Shown piece by piece: positions 23,350 to 36,836 of a stretch of 64,000 bases of DNA. The position numbers were made by a program, and so were the translations under genes. The stretch is from Azolla caroliniana (lineage: Eukaryota > Plantae > Polypodiophyta), in contig JBHGNT010000003.1 in NCBI GenBank assembly GCA_043228905.1, forward strand, positions 14,756,001-14,820,000, read 5' to 3'. Numbering within the stretch: the first letter of the stretch is position 1; the number at the start of each line of letters is the position of its first letter. Below the pieces are notes generated by a model, which was not told the origin of the DNA, made no database searches, and was given only the letters and a program-made list of their open reading frames with translations.

Positions 23350-25620
23350 ATCACAATGCAAACACTGAACCTTTCACATATTGGCAGTCGCCTCTTTGCA
23401 CGACTAGCACCTCTCTATAGTCTCTTTGGCATGTGTTTTGGTCTTGTTTGGGGAGTTGCCATTAACTTCTTACGAACTGTCGAGCGTCGCTCCTCTTTTC
23501 GCACCACTTTGTACATTCCAACTTATGGATCTTATTTCTACCACGTTGGTTTATTTTGATGCACCTAAACCGTACACCTTTTTCCTAATATCTCCCAATT
23601 GTTGCATACAATCCTCAAGTGCAACCCTGTCGAAGGATCCGAACCATTGCTCGAGTCATCGAATAGCTTCCCATGTCGTATGTATTTGAGACTTATATGG
23701 TTCCACCTCGAATGGTTCTGCATTCATCTTCACATTTGTTTCGGTGATATCATCCTTTCGCATTTGGGCTACATGATCTATAAATGGTAACGACCCGCGA
23801 AGGGATGGCATATGCCTCTTGATCACTCGAATTCAGAGTAAATACTAACATTTACTTGTAAGGCCTTGACAATCACAATAAGAGCATTGGAGAGAGAAAT
23901 TGTACTATAGAGTGGGAGTGGTCATACTCATGCTCAATATTCTAAAACCAATATTGGGGCTCATCCACAATGTGCATTGTGTTGTTACCAATCACATATT
24001 TCTTGCCTCTCATGTAGCATTCTATGATGGTTCCTCTTATGCAAGTGTCAGTTTCATTGTCCTTGATCAAGACACGCACAATATTGGCAATATACCGGTT
24101 TATTCTTCTGTTGAAGGCAATGTACTTGATAAACTGCCAATGTCTCTCCACAAGATTGGTAGTGTCAAAATGCCCATAGTTGAATAATCTACCAAACTTG
24201 GGCCATAAATTCTTCCAAACACAAGTAAGGTCACACCATCCTCCTGTATATTGCCTCACATATAGCATTGAAGGCATATTCCGTAATGCATTGCATGAGT
24301 TGACACATCCTTTGGGCAACAAGTTGTACACACATGATTTTTAGCAAAACTAACATAATAAAATACTACATTGTGAGCGTTGTCCGTTTGCAACAACTCA
24401 ACATTGATAGTCTTGAGCAACCACATTGGATATGACATTATAGTATGTCTAAGATTTATCAATGACTATTGCATTTGGCTTCACTTGGGCATCCTTGCAA
24501 ATATGACTTTCCAGCAAGTTTCTAATGTTATTTGCTCATGATTTGAGCCCTTATAAGAATTATAAATCATGTACCACAGTGGGATCCCAAATCCCATGGC
24601 ATTTGAGGCAATGATTGCATATAATGGCAACACAAATTGATTTGTTTAAAATGTGGAGTCAATTGCCTAAGAGTTGTTTTGCCCAAGTATCAAGATAAAT
24701 GGTTGGCAAGTTGGAGATCCATTTGGACAAGGCAATTATGGCGGGACATGAGTCACTTTCCCTACATCTCGGAGTGCATAGGCATCTTGCATCATGGGAG
24801 ACCAATCATCTTCTGACTGTGCACTTCCAATTTTCACCTTGTTAGCCATATGCACTTAGGATTTCACCATATTCACTCAATATTTCAAACACACCGTATT
24901 TAGGATTTCACCATATTCATGTCGGGATTTCAAAAACATCATATACACTTAGGATTTGAAAAATGCCACATACACCAAAATATTGCTTCTTCATTATCGC
25001 AAATGGATTTTACATTGAAGCTCTTGATTTACATTGAATAGTGAATTTACACCATATACAAAATGTAATAGTTGACTGGGAATTATGATATCGATACATA
25101 CAAGCTAATATTACACCGAATACACCATAAGCAAAATGGAAATATACAAAAGGTAATGGTTGGTTGCCAAGACTTATGATATGGAAAAGCCCAAAACTCG
25201 ACGTGCCCATTTTATCTTAATCATCTGAAGCAACTCCACGTCTTCATGTCTGAACCAATGCTCAGACCCCTGTCTAACAATACTTCTAAGAACCAACATA
25301 TGAGGACACCTTACAAAATATATAAGGCACTTACCCGGGAGATCCCAAGCCTTGTATGAACTCCTCCATTAGCATCCGAATAGTTTGCATCACGTAATAA
25401 CAACCATTGGTCCCATTAGGTTGAGTTGGGACGTGAAGTTCGTGATGTCCGTTCTCACTTAGGATGCAATGGTCTTTAGGCGTGTTACATATCTTCCGTA
25501 AAACCAAATATGCCAAACTCTTCAAGGAAAGGGTTTCCAGATTATTCAATGAATCCTCTTGACCAATAGCCTTTGCACGGATTTTAGGATCTTCGTAAAA
25601 TGTAAGAAGAAAATCATTTG
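23350..25620 (-). pseudogene. Decayed MULE/Mutator-type (SWIM-associated) transposase
   Basis: Minus strand reads AIDSTF.TNQFVLPLYAIIASNAMGFGIPLWYM (~24570-24670), KPNAIVIDKS (~24450-24480) and WPKFGRLFNYGHFDTTNLVERHWQFIKY (23942..24331); boundaries approximate. Confidence 0.7.
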
Positions 25621-27344
25621 TATCATTCCATAGCCTATGCTAAAACTAGTCCCTTAACGCCTCTTCATTTTAGGAATATCACGGGCCAAAATATGAAATT
25701 TTGACACATAAGCCGAGGCAAAATAGTCTCCTTATTGCAACCTTTGAACCTATTGATCACCTTGGTAATGTCTTCAAAATTTTCAACCAAAAAAGATATA
25801 TCCATTAGAAGAAGTATAAATCATGCCAGTGACGCTCTTGTCAATAAGGTTCCAATTAAACCAACTTGAGCTACAACAGTTGGATATCAAATATGGCACA
25901 TATGAATTATTAAATGCAATTGGTTTAGGAATCCTTGAAATAGGGATTGACTACCATTGAACTTTCTTGGTAAATTATTCTTTGGTTCGTGGTTGGGGGA
26001 TTATTGTGTTAAAGCGGTTGGTTCAAAGATTGTTATGTCACTTCAACCTAATAAACCTAGGTGTCTCACAACCAATGTGATGTTAGACATTAAAACGTAG
26101 TCGTTATAATATTATATGGTTCTACCTAATGTTATAAGAGTGGTCATAATGTGACTTGTATGCACAAACAAAGTTAGTAGGTGGCATGTTTTGCATAATA
26201 ATTGCAAGGTGGCACACTTTCATGGCCTATCATTTGCATAATTGGTTGCATAAAAGGGGATTCCCATCCTCAAGAAGGTCAATACCAATGATTGGCTATA
26301 TCGAGCTCTACCTAATTTTAGTCTCATCTTCCTCTTCATTGCTTTGGTTTCTCTTTTTTTTTTTTCTTTTTTGTGATCATTATCTGTCGCTCATCTTACA
26401 CGTTGGGCATTTATTTGACATCTATAACATATTCAGTAACTCATCATGTTGTTGGGTTTTTTGGCATTTACATGTAATAAATCTCCAATTAGTCTTTGAT
26501 TCCTACTCTAGTGCCATGAATATTTTTGTGAGGCACTCCAATTCAAAGAGAGCATGCACACACTCTTCTGTCTAACAATCTCCATTGTGATAAAAAAGCT
26601 CATCAACATTCCCAGCAAAAGGGAAAAGGAAGAAGGAAACTATTCACTTCAACTTGTCATGGGTTAAAGCTAAAAAGCAGATTGAATAGGAAAAGGAAAA
26701 GAGAGTGAGAAAAACAGAATTTATATTATGGACACGAGGGACAAGATTCACAAGGATGCCTCTAGGATGACATCGAGCTTCAATGGTTCATTGAAGAGAA
26801 TGTCATCTCTCTATATATGGTACCATCGTGTTATACATGGTCACCACTTGATGGCCATACATCTCTACCACTTGGCTATCATGCATGCCAACCATTGGGA
26901 AATCTTGCATATATAGGAGTTTTGTAGTAACTTAGTGTAAGCCATTACAATATATGAATATATATAAAAAAATGCGCAAAATGATAGCTTGTTGGTTAAG
27001 GCTTGGATATGGACAACGAAAGTCATGGATCCAATTGCACTTAAAAGCCATGACATTTTGTGTTGGCATATTAATGTAACCATACATCTACTTTTCTCAC
27101 ATCAATCTCAGCCTAAAATACAAGCCTCCGAGAGAGAATAGTGGGCACAACCTAGATGTTAGTGGTTATCATTGTAGTGTGTCTAGATTTTGCACATGAT
27201 AGATCCCAAATAAGTCACTCTCACCCCATGAATGTTTATTAGCTACTCAACGTCGGCTTCCATTTGTGGGTGCTCGAGAAGTAGCCAAAAGAACATCAAA
27301 CAATTTGGTGATGCTCACCTTAATATTAACCAAAGCTCAAATAA

Positions 27345-27377
27345 CACTAGGTCATTTGAAACAGGTAATATGTCGCA
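27345..27377 (+). repeat. Left terminal inverted repeat
   Basis: cactaggtcatttgaaacaggtaatatgtcgca vs reverse complement of right end caccgggtcatttagaacaggtaatatgtcaca. Confidence 0.85.
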
Positions 27378-27638
27378 ATTTAAGAACAGTCTGTCCAAAA
27401 AAGGCACAAAGTAGGTCATTTCAAAAAAAGGACCATCGCATGTGTAAAGGGTTTTGGAAATTGAATCAAAATATATTGATTTATACCATGTCAAAAAATT
27501 TAGGGCTTTCAAAAAATGCCCCTAATAATCGAAACGTGAAATTTACAAGAGAACGTACAAAAATTACAAAATGACTAACATGTATATTTATACATATTTG
27601 TGAATCGCCATATTGATGTAACATACAATATATACATT

Positions 27639-29027
27639 TCATATATGAGATCCATCACTTCCCAGATATACGCCTTCCCCTTCAGACCCACCTGATGAAC
27701 TAGAAGAGCTTTGTGAGGTTTCATTCTCATCATCACTAGCAACCAATGCATTGTCTTCATCCAATTGCAATCCAACGTCACCGTGATTATGAGACATACT
27801 CCTTATTCGTCTCTGTGTTGCGTCAACAGGCACATCTGGGATCGTCTCTTTTATTATCTTGATTGTAGTATGTCTTAGATGGCATGTTTTGGTCAGGGAG
27901 AAGTCATACACGAGTATGTCGACATTATCAAGTGCTAGAGTAGACGTGCTTGGTAGATGCTTTCTTCTCCGCTTTTTGCTTGTGCCTTCAACATCCTTAA
28001 CCATCTCTAAAGAGTACTTCCCAGTAAATGCATATTTGGTAGATGTATGATACCAATGAACCACAATAGATTTTACTTGATTGCCTTCATCGTCCTTAAT
28101 AATTTCAATGATTTTGACAATCCAGAAGGGATGGCCCAACTTATCACCCCCAATTAATGTTGCAAGTTGCAACCAACATACCAACTTGTAGCTCATGTAG
28201 ATTGCCTTGCCACCTCGCCTCTGCAACATGCGATAATCTTGGTCCCACTAGATTATTTAATTCAAGATTATCTAGTGGTTGTAAATGAGTCGTGCTCGCC
28301 ATTGATGGGCCACCAAGCGTCCATTCGAATTGATTTTGTAGTGGCCAATACCCTGTAAAGTGGTTATCTAATATTGTATGTTGATGATTAAAGAAGATAT
28401 CCCACCAATCCACATCTTGATCACTAGTGTACTTTTTGGTTCGCTCAATATTTTTCGATTTTTCCTCTAGGCACCACATCCAATATATCTTTTGCTCTTC
28501 AATTGAACTACCAATAACCAATCTTTTATGGTCATTATAGGGCATTTGCTTAGCACCATAGATTATTGCATATGGGAAATGCAATAAGAGCCTACATCCG
28601 TCTTGTGGCTCCCATTGCGAACTAGATGGGTATTGTTTGGCATACCACATGGTCTGGTTGTGATTGACCACACTTTTTTGGATGAGGAAGACGTGGTTAA
28701 AACTTATATTATTAAGTGGAGCAACAGTCCCATCACCATTCACACAAAAGCGTTTGAAATCATATACTTCATCTAAATGTTGCACATTTGGCTTGGGGGT
28801 ATAAGCTTCAACGATCAACCTTGATAGCATAGGAAGTGTGAAAGCATCGCACCTCGCTAATTTCTTGGAGAACCTACTAAACATTTGATCTATCTGATCA
28901 TGTGTATGACCAACTAGCAAGAAGTTGACCTTAATCTTTTTGAAAATACCCTTGTCTACTAAAACGCTCAAATAACCAAACACAATTGAGTTCTTGTTTT
29001 CTCTCGCTTTGTTGTCAAGTTGCACGT
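27639..29027 (-). pseudogene. Sola-like transposase, C-terminal part (2nd and 3rd catalytic D plus C-terminal domain)
   Basis: QLDNKARENKN...FKKIKVNFLLVGHTHDQIDQMFSRFS, then a frameshift into GHPFWIVKIIEII...VVHWY. Confidence 0.85.
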
Positions 29028-29669
29028 TGTCGCGTTACTATGCGCGTGCGTGGAGAAACGAGGCGGGACCACCGGGGTCATGAACCGAAGAGCAGGTGAT
29101 AGAAGGGGAAAGAGAAAGAGAGAGACGCCCGGTTACGTATGAGCCAAGAAACGCAGGGACATGGCCCGTTAACGCAGAAGACACGAATGGACACAGAGAC
29201 AGAGAGACACAAATGTTTGTGTATTAACGAATGACAAATAAACAACAGAGCACGCGAGTGGTTACAACCGAACAGGCCGACGAATAGATGCCGATGCCTG
29301 CTCGTCTGCGCACGAAGGGGGATAGGATGGAGGTGCTGCTGGAAGCACACGAGCGTTCCTCGAAGCAACGCGAGCCTCCCGAAACCCTGCAGAGAAGAGC
29401 GATGGAGAACGAACAGAGGAGAAGCGTTCGGTTACGATTCGACAGCACTCCGTCCTCCTCAATGTGCGATCCCCCTCTCCCCGCGTCTCCCTCTCTTTTA
29501 TAGCTTTAAGAAGGGAGCCGTTTCCCTCATTAACTTCCTACCTACCGAATCTAACTACCTAGGATATACCTTTGTACCTAATTCTCTATTATATACATTA
29601 AAGGGCGCGCACGCGTGAAGAGCCGGTTCACGCGCGCTATGCACCGATTGCGCTAAGGGACGATTTTCT

Positions 29670-32600
29670 TCACGACATCCGCCCCCACCTAACCGCGCAT
29701 CCACCGGTATGCGCCAAAATTTGGTTTTGGTTGGAGAAAACCGGTCCGGGTTCCAGTTCCTCGTCCATCGGTTTGTCCTCCGTTTCGGACTGTTCGTCGT
29801 CGCTGTCCAGGCCTCTTAGATCTGGTTCGCCGTCGTGGCGCTTCTTGAACGCTTTGATCCGCTTCCCTACTACCGGTATCGCCATCCTCGTACCGTCGAG
29901 TTCCGCCAGGTGATACGTCCCGTTATCGTTGGCGCTCGTTACCACGTAAGGCCCGAACCACCGCTTTGCAAACTTCCGTGTTGCCCGGTGCTGGTTGTCG
30001 AGGCTGCTGTCGTAGACTAGCACCTAGTCGGCTTCCTCGATTTTCTTTGGTCGGCGCCGGTGCGTTCGGTCGAACCGGGCTTTGTTCCTCATCCTCACCG
30101 TCCGAAGTCTCTTCGCCGCTCGTTCCACGTCCTCTGGCCTGCGCTCGAGCTGCCGTATACGCGCCGCTAGTAGTTCTTCTCGGCTCATCTCGTCTCTCCA
30201 GTCCACTGTCGCCCAAGAGGAGATCGTCCGTTCCATCGGCTTGATCGGCTTCTGTCCGAACATGAGCTCTGACGGCATGAACCCGGTTACCGAACTGTGC
30301 GTTGTCCGGTCCGCCCACAAGGCATAAGGTAACAATCGTGGCCAGTTCCCGACCTGGCCTCCGCACGCCCAGACTAGCGCTTTGACGATTGGTCCGTGTC
30401 CGCGCTCCACCTTCCCGTTCGCCTCCGGATTGTACACTGTGGTGAGCGAGAGCTTGACCCCTAACCGGTCGAACAGCTCCTCGGCCTCTTCGGCGTCCAA
30501 CTCCCCGCGGTCAGCCACGATCTTCCCAACGCACCCGTACCGGCATATCACGTCCTCGATCAGGAACCGACACACGGCCGCGGTCGTTTTGTTCTGCAGG
30601 GCTCAGCCTTCCACCTGGTTCGTCAGGTCCTCCCGGGCCAACACCAGATATCGCATTTGCCCTACGCCCATCGACATCGTCACCAAATCTACCATCCATT
30701 TGAAGTGGATGGCCGGAGGGTATGTAGGGTGAAGCTCGTCCCGATGTCGGACTGTGGAGTGTATCTGACAACTCTCACAAGTTGTCACGAACCGATGCAC
30801 GTCCCGGTACAATCCCGACCACCAGTACTTCCCCTTTAGTTTCTCGAACGTGGCCCACGTCCCACGGTGTCCAGCCCAGGGGCTGTCGTGGTAGGCCTTC
30901 AACAACTCCTCCTGTTCCTCCTCCATCGCCAGTACTCAGAGCGGGATGCCGTTTCTCTTCTTCGGGTGTTTCCACAAGTATCCGTCCCGGAGAAAGAATC
31001 GGTATGCTTTCTTCTGGATCCGGTTGGCCTCGTCCTTTGTCCATGACGTGTCCGGCGTCATCGTCCTTAAGAATCCCCCAATCTGCAGCCACTCCCCGTC
31101 GTACTTGCTCTCGTTGAAATCGTTAAGCGCCGGAGTGCTCCCCCCCTCGGTTGTCACGTAAGCCGCCTCGAAGAAGTCCACGCCGACTTCCTGGTCCTCC
31201 GAAACCATGCCGCCCTCGTCGTCGAATCGCGCCCTCGAAAGCATGTCGGCCATGGCATTGTCTTTCCCGGAAATGTGTCGTATTTCCGGACCCAGGGACT
31301 TGATGTACGCTATCCACCTGAGCATTGCCAGGTCCGGGGTTGCGCATCCGGAAACCATGCCGAGAATCGGCAGGCAGGCCGTCTCGATAATCACTTTTGT
31401 CCCGATCAGATAGTCTTTATCGGCCTTCACCACCGAAACGATACCCCAAAGTTCGCGTTTAACCTGGGCGTATCCTCGTTGTCGCTTGTTGAGGACCTTC
31501 GCGCCGAACCGGATTGGGAACCGAATGCCGTCCTCATCTTCTTGGTTGACGACCCATCTGATCTCGGTCGGACTTGTATCTACCGTTATGTAGATGGGAG
31601 TACCTTTCTCGTAGACAGCCTTCCGGAGTGCTGGAGCTGCAACAAGAGCCTCCTTCATCTTTCGGACCGACTCTGTATGCTCATCCCGCCACTCGAATTT
31701 TCGCCCCTTTTTCAGCAACCCGTATAACGGCTCGACAACGTGGGCGTAATGTAGGATCCATATGTGGTAGAACGCACATGCTCCCAAGAACCTCCGTACC
31801 TCCATGACCGAGTTACAGTCGGGCTTCATTGCGGAGATGGCTTCCACCTTAGCCGGAGACGGTTTCCGGCCATACGGTCCGCATAGATGTCTGACGACCA
31901 TGATCTCAGATTGCCCGAAGGCCGATTTCTCCCCGGAGAAGGTGAGCCTCGCGTCCTCTAGCCTTTGCAGCACCCTCTCGCAGTCGTCAACGTGTGTCGC
32001 CACGAATTTCCGGCATCCGTCCGGTCCGATCGTTTCGTCCTTTTCCTCCATCGGACATCCCTTGATCAGGATGTCGTCCAAGAATGGCATGGTGATGTCC
32101 GGGATACAATCCCTCAGCACCTTGTTCATCGCATTCACCATGTGGGCCACCGAGTTCGTCCCTCCTTGTGGCAGGGTACACATCCGCACTAGGCCGAGAG
32201 GAGTCCGCATCGTCGTAATGTCTCTGCTCTCTACGGCTAGTTGGAACTGATCGTACCCCGAGTACAGATCACCGACCGAGTAGATCGACCTTCCGGCGAA
32301 GGCCTCCGCGAACTCGTCTATCGTTGGTCCGATTCCTGCGTTCCGAATGGTCACTCTGTTGACCGGTTGCAGGTCTTGAATGAAGCGCAACGTCCCGTTC
32401 TTCTTCGGTACGGTAAACCACCAGTTCGAGTACGGGGCACTCGACGGTTCGAGGATGCCCATATCGACTTTCTGCCTCAACAACTCCATCAGCTCCGGGA
32501 TGTGAGCTCTCGGTACCGGAATTGGTTTGAGATTCCACGACACATGCGGTACCGTGAATATCACCATCAGCTTCACGACTGTCGGGTCTACGCACCCGAT

Positions 32601-33259
32601 CTCTTCCGGTGAGAATGCGAAGGCTTTCCCGTGCCTTCCGAGCATTCTTCGAAACCGGTCTTCTTCCGCCGGCAGTAGGAACCCGTCCCCACTGATTTTG
32701 AGCTCCCATAGCGTTCTGTCGGTGAAGGTGTGTCCTATGCAGGCCGGATCTTGTAAACTGGGGTCCGACGCGACCCCCTTGATTCGCAACTCGCTGCCCT
32801 CCAGTAAGGGTGCCGCGACTGGCCTTACCTTCCGGTCCAAAGTCTTGTACTTCGTGTTAACCCGGGCCGTCCGATCCGACTCGAGCCCCCGACTGAAGTC
32901 CGCGATGACTTCGTACATCTCTTCTGAATAAACCGGTACCGTCCAGTCTTCTTTAAGGCCTTCTCCGACCACCTCTCGCAGTATTCCCAAGGTATCGTCG
33001 AAGGAGACCGCCTCCACGGCTCCGTTGATTTCCTCGCTGGGTCCGAGAACTCCGCACGCCCGAAGTCGCTCTTCCGCCCTTGTCTTTTCTCGGCCAACGA
33101 TGCCGACTATCGTACACCCTCTGTTGTCGGAGAAACAAAACTTCCTACTTATGGTACAAGGTTTCTTTGGTTTCGCCTCTATCGTACATTTGTGGGGTTT
33201 TCCCGGAGTGTCCGGACTATCGCGGCCCCACGCCTTGACAACCCTCTCTAAAAATCCTC
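29670..33259 (-). pseudogene. Gypsy A pol (RT-RNaseH-integrase), with stops and frameshift
   Basis: LRFIQDLQPVN, DLYSGYDQF, PFLDD, TVDTSP, DMLSR, YHDSPWAGH..CESCQ, ADRGE, NGKVERGH, WFGPY. Confidence 0.93.
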
Positions 33260-35392
33260 TCAGTTCTCGCCACCGAGGGACTCGCGGTTTCGCTCGTGGT
33301 TCGGTCGCACCGTCAGGAACTGGACCGAATGACGCCCGTCCTGACTCTTGACCCTCGCGTAAGCCGACCCGTTGTCCAGCACCTTGGTCTCCATCCGCGC
33401 TGCCGTAATGTACGGTTCTCCCAGTATGACCGTGTGCGAGGACGTCTCCTGCACAAAGAAGTGCTGGTCTATCTCGATGTCGCCGATCTTGACCCGCACG
33501 TTTGGGCAGGCCCCGTGTAGTTCCTCGGTGGCGCGCGTCGCCGCCCGTATCTTCCACCCGTGCTTGGTGTTGATCGGCCATTTCCCCTTCTTGTAGAAGT
33601 CCATGGACATCAGGTTTATTTCCGAACTGTGGTCCACCAGCGCCACCACCGGTTCCTGAACTTCTGTGATCTTCACCGGGGTTTCCGTGGTCGCTCGGGC
33701 CTAGTGTGGCCTCGAATAGTGGCTCTCCGCCCACTCGTCTTCCAGCGCCATGTCCTCTATGTGCGTTGTCCGCACCTCCACCGGCCTTTCCGGTTCTGTC
33801 TCCGTCGACAGCCTCTTCCTCTTCACCAAGTCTACGATGGAGTCGTGGAACTCCTTCTTGGCGATTCCGAGCACCTCCCGCAACGACAGTTCCACCTTGT
33901 TGTCGAGGATTCGTTCTTCCAGGACCTTTCGTAGGTCCGTGGTCCTTTCGATCTCCGTGCCCAACCGGTATCCGCCCTTCTTGTGGTTATCCCGGGCACT
34001 GGTCTCACCGGCCTCGTTCTGTTTCAGCCTGAATCGGGTTTCGTATCTCTGTGAGGGTCCGGTCCCTCCGGTTTTACCTACCCGTTTGTCTTCAACTAGA
34101 GCCTCGTAGTTCTGGCAAGCTGCTTCGACGAAACCCATCTTTTCTTTGACCGGGTCACTCCACCCGGTTACCTCTTGGACCCGCTTCTCCGCGCAGTCCG
34201 CCTCGTCTTTCTTTAGTCGGGCACCGGCGAGGCCTTCTAGCATCGTCGGCCAGAACCCGGCCTTGCTCTCCTTCCGGGCCTCGCTGCCACCGACCCGAAT
34301 ACCGGCCGACGCCGAGTAGTGGACGGTTTCCGCGTGCCGGGCCGCCGCCTCTTCCATCAGCCTTTTCATTCCTCCTCGCCCGTCGTTTCGGTTCAGGGCC
34401 CTCCGGGTATTGCTGGCGTGCACCCGTCCTTCCCACAGGTACACTACCCGGCTCCTCAAAGCCTCCGCAAAGTCCCCGCAGTCTTTCCGGATGTGGCCGA
34501 CCTCGTCGCACCACATGCACCTATTTCGTGCCGGAGGCCGTCAGTCACGAGCCTGTTCGCCACCTTCCCTCCGAGCCTGGGCGATCTAGAGATCCTTTAC
34601 AGCCCGCGTCAACTCCTCCAAAGTTGTTCCCCCGGACGAGCCTCTGACCACGCCGATCGAAGCCGAACCGGTTTCGAGCCACTCCCGGATCTCTTCCCGT
34701 CGCGCCAGCGGTATCGGTTCGAGCTTCCTTGCTGCGATAGGACCCGCCCCTGTATCAGCCCACTCCCACCGTTTGTCAAAACGGCCACAGACTCTTTTTA
34801 CCACGACCCAGTCGGCCGTTAGCCCGTCTTTGGTTGCCAGTAAGGAGCCCACTTGCTCCCGATCCCGTGCATCAACCGATTTGACAAATAGCAGGACACG
34901 ACTTGTGTCCAGAACGGTCCGATCGAGCGCCGAAAGGCGCGCAAAGCGATCCTCAAACTCCCGGAGGAGTGCCGACGCATTTCTTCCTTTGTCGGGGGAC
35001 TCCACCCACTCCATGAAGCCCCGCTTCGAAAGTCGAAGCGCGTCATCCAGCCCGTATTTCTCCAAGAGCCGTCCTTCGAACTCCTCCCAGGTCTGGCTCT
35101 TCGCCCGGACCTCGAGCACCTCCGCATGGATGCCCGGCATCGCCACTCGAGGGAATCCGGCAAGACGCCTCTCTTCCAGAATATCCCTCATCAACATCTT
35201 CGTCCGATAGGACGCCAAATAACTCGTGGCATCCTTTCCACTGAACCGTCTGATCATACCGACGATTGCCTCAATAGCCCTGTCAAGGGCGTCGGTGCCC
35301 TCGCGCGCGCTCACTAACCGGTCCACGGCCGAAGCCATGGCCTCTGCAAGATCCGACCCCCTCATCTTCTGCTCCTCTGTCGCCTTGTTCAC
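33260..35392 (-). pseudogene. Gypsy A gag-protease, with stops
   Basis: RFSGKDATSYL (capsid), CMWCDEVGHIRKDC (CCHC knuckle), ALVDHSSEIN (protease) across ORFs 34586..35392, 33701..34516 and 33260..33676. Confidence 0.9.
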
Positions 35393-35731
35393 GTCGGGTT
35401 CACCAAATATGTCGCGTTACTACGCGCGTGCATGGAGAAACGAGACGGGACCACCGGGGTCTTGAACCGAAGAGCAGGTGATAGAAGGGGAAAGAGAAAG
35501 AGAGAGACGCCCGGTTACGTATGAGCCAAGAAACGCAGGGACACAGCCCGTCAACGCAGAAGACATGAATGGACATAGAGACAGAGAGACATGAATGTTT
35601 GTGTATTAACGAATGACAAATAAACAACAGAGCACACGAGTGGTTACAACCGAACAGGCCGGCGAACAGATGCCGATGCCTGCTCGTCTGCGCACGAAGG
35701 GGGATAGGATGGAGGTGCTGCCGGAAGCACA

Positions 35732-36186
35732 TGGGAAATGCAATAAGAGCCTACATCCGTCTTGTGGCTCCCATTGCGAACTAGATGGGTATTGTTTGGC
35801 ATACCACATGGTCTGGTTGTGATTGACCACACTTTTTTGGATGAGGAAGACGTGGTTAAAACTTATATTATTAAGTGGAGCAACAATCCCATCACCATCC
35901 ACACAAAAGCGTTTGAAATCATATACTTCATCTAAATGTTGCACATTTGGCTTGGGGGTATAAGCTTCAACGATCAACCTTGATAGCATAGGAAGTGTGA
36001 AAGCATCGCACCTCGCTAATTTCTTGGAGAACCTACTAAACATTTGATCTATCTGATCATGTGTATGACCAACTAGCAAGAAGTTGACCTTAATCTTTTT
36101 GAAAATACCCTTGTCTACTAAAACGCTCAAATAACCAAACACAATTGAGTTCTTGTTTTCTCTCGCCTTGTTGTCAAGTTGCACGT
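35732..36186 (-). repeat. ~455-bp duplicate of transposase segment 28573-29027 inserted within the Gypsy A 5' LTR region
   Basis: Near-identical sequence (about 3 substitutions seen); ORF 35606..36184 repeats 28144..29025. Confidence 0.93.
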
Positions 36187-36836
36187 TGTCGCGTTACTAT
36201 GCGCGTGCGTGGAGAAACGAGGCGGGACCACCGGGGTCATGAACCGAAGAGCAGGTGATAGAAGGGGAAAGAGAAAGAGAGAGACGCCCGGTTACGTATG
36301 AGCCAAGAAACGCAGGGACATGGCCCGTTAACGCAGAAGACACGAATGGACACAGAGACAGAGAGACACAAATGTTTGTGTATTAACGAATGACAAATAA
36401 ACAACAGAGCACGCGAGTGGTTACAACCGAACAGGCCGACGAATAGATGCCGATGCCTGCTCGTCTGCGCACGAAGGGGGATAGGATGGAGGTGCTGCTG
36501 GAAGCACACGAGCGTTCCTCGAAGCAACGCGAGCCTCCCGAAACCCTGCAGAGAAGAGCGATGGAGAACGAACAGAGGAGAAGCGTTCGGTTACGATCCG
36601 ACAGCACTTCGTCCTCCTCAATGTGCGATCCCCCTCTCCCCGCGTCTCCCTCTCTTTTATAGCTTTAAGAAGGGAGCCGTTTCCCTCATTAACTTCCTAC
36701 CTACCGAATCTAACTACCTAGGATATACCTTTGTACCTAATTCTCTATTATATACATTAAAGGGCGCGCACGCGTGAAGAGCTGGTTCACGCGCGCTATG
36801 CACTGATTGCGCTAAGGGACGGTTTTCTTCACGACA

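Larger units (their letters stand above)
29028..36836 (-). mobile_element. Ty3/Gypsy element A (tRNA-Trp PBS, 650-bp LTRs, ACGT TSD), degenerate, with rearranged 5' LTR
   Basis: LTRs 29028-29677 and 36187-36836 (TGTCG...CGACA), partial LTR 35410-35731; PPT 29678-29690; PBS 35389-35405; TSD acgt at 29024-27 and 36837-40 splits transposase PPVLYV|QLDN. Confidence 0.93.

Noticed and set aside
25700-27340. Short ORFs between the MULE and the left TIR
   Set aside because: No recognisable domain; probably mixed TE debris
29078-29503. ORFs within Gypsy LTRs (repeated at 36237-36662, 41023-41283, 59980-60255)
   Set aside because: Lie wholly inside LTRs, low complexity, no protein motifs
30936-33734. 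932-aa ORF as one protein with a novel N-terminus
   Set aside because: The first ~158 aa are the -1 frame overlapping the protease; pol begins at the slippery site near 33255
35732-36186. Second independent transposase gene
   Set aside because: Near-identical partial copy of 28573-29027 produced by local duplication
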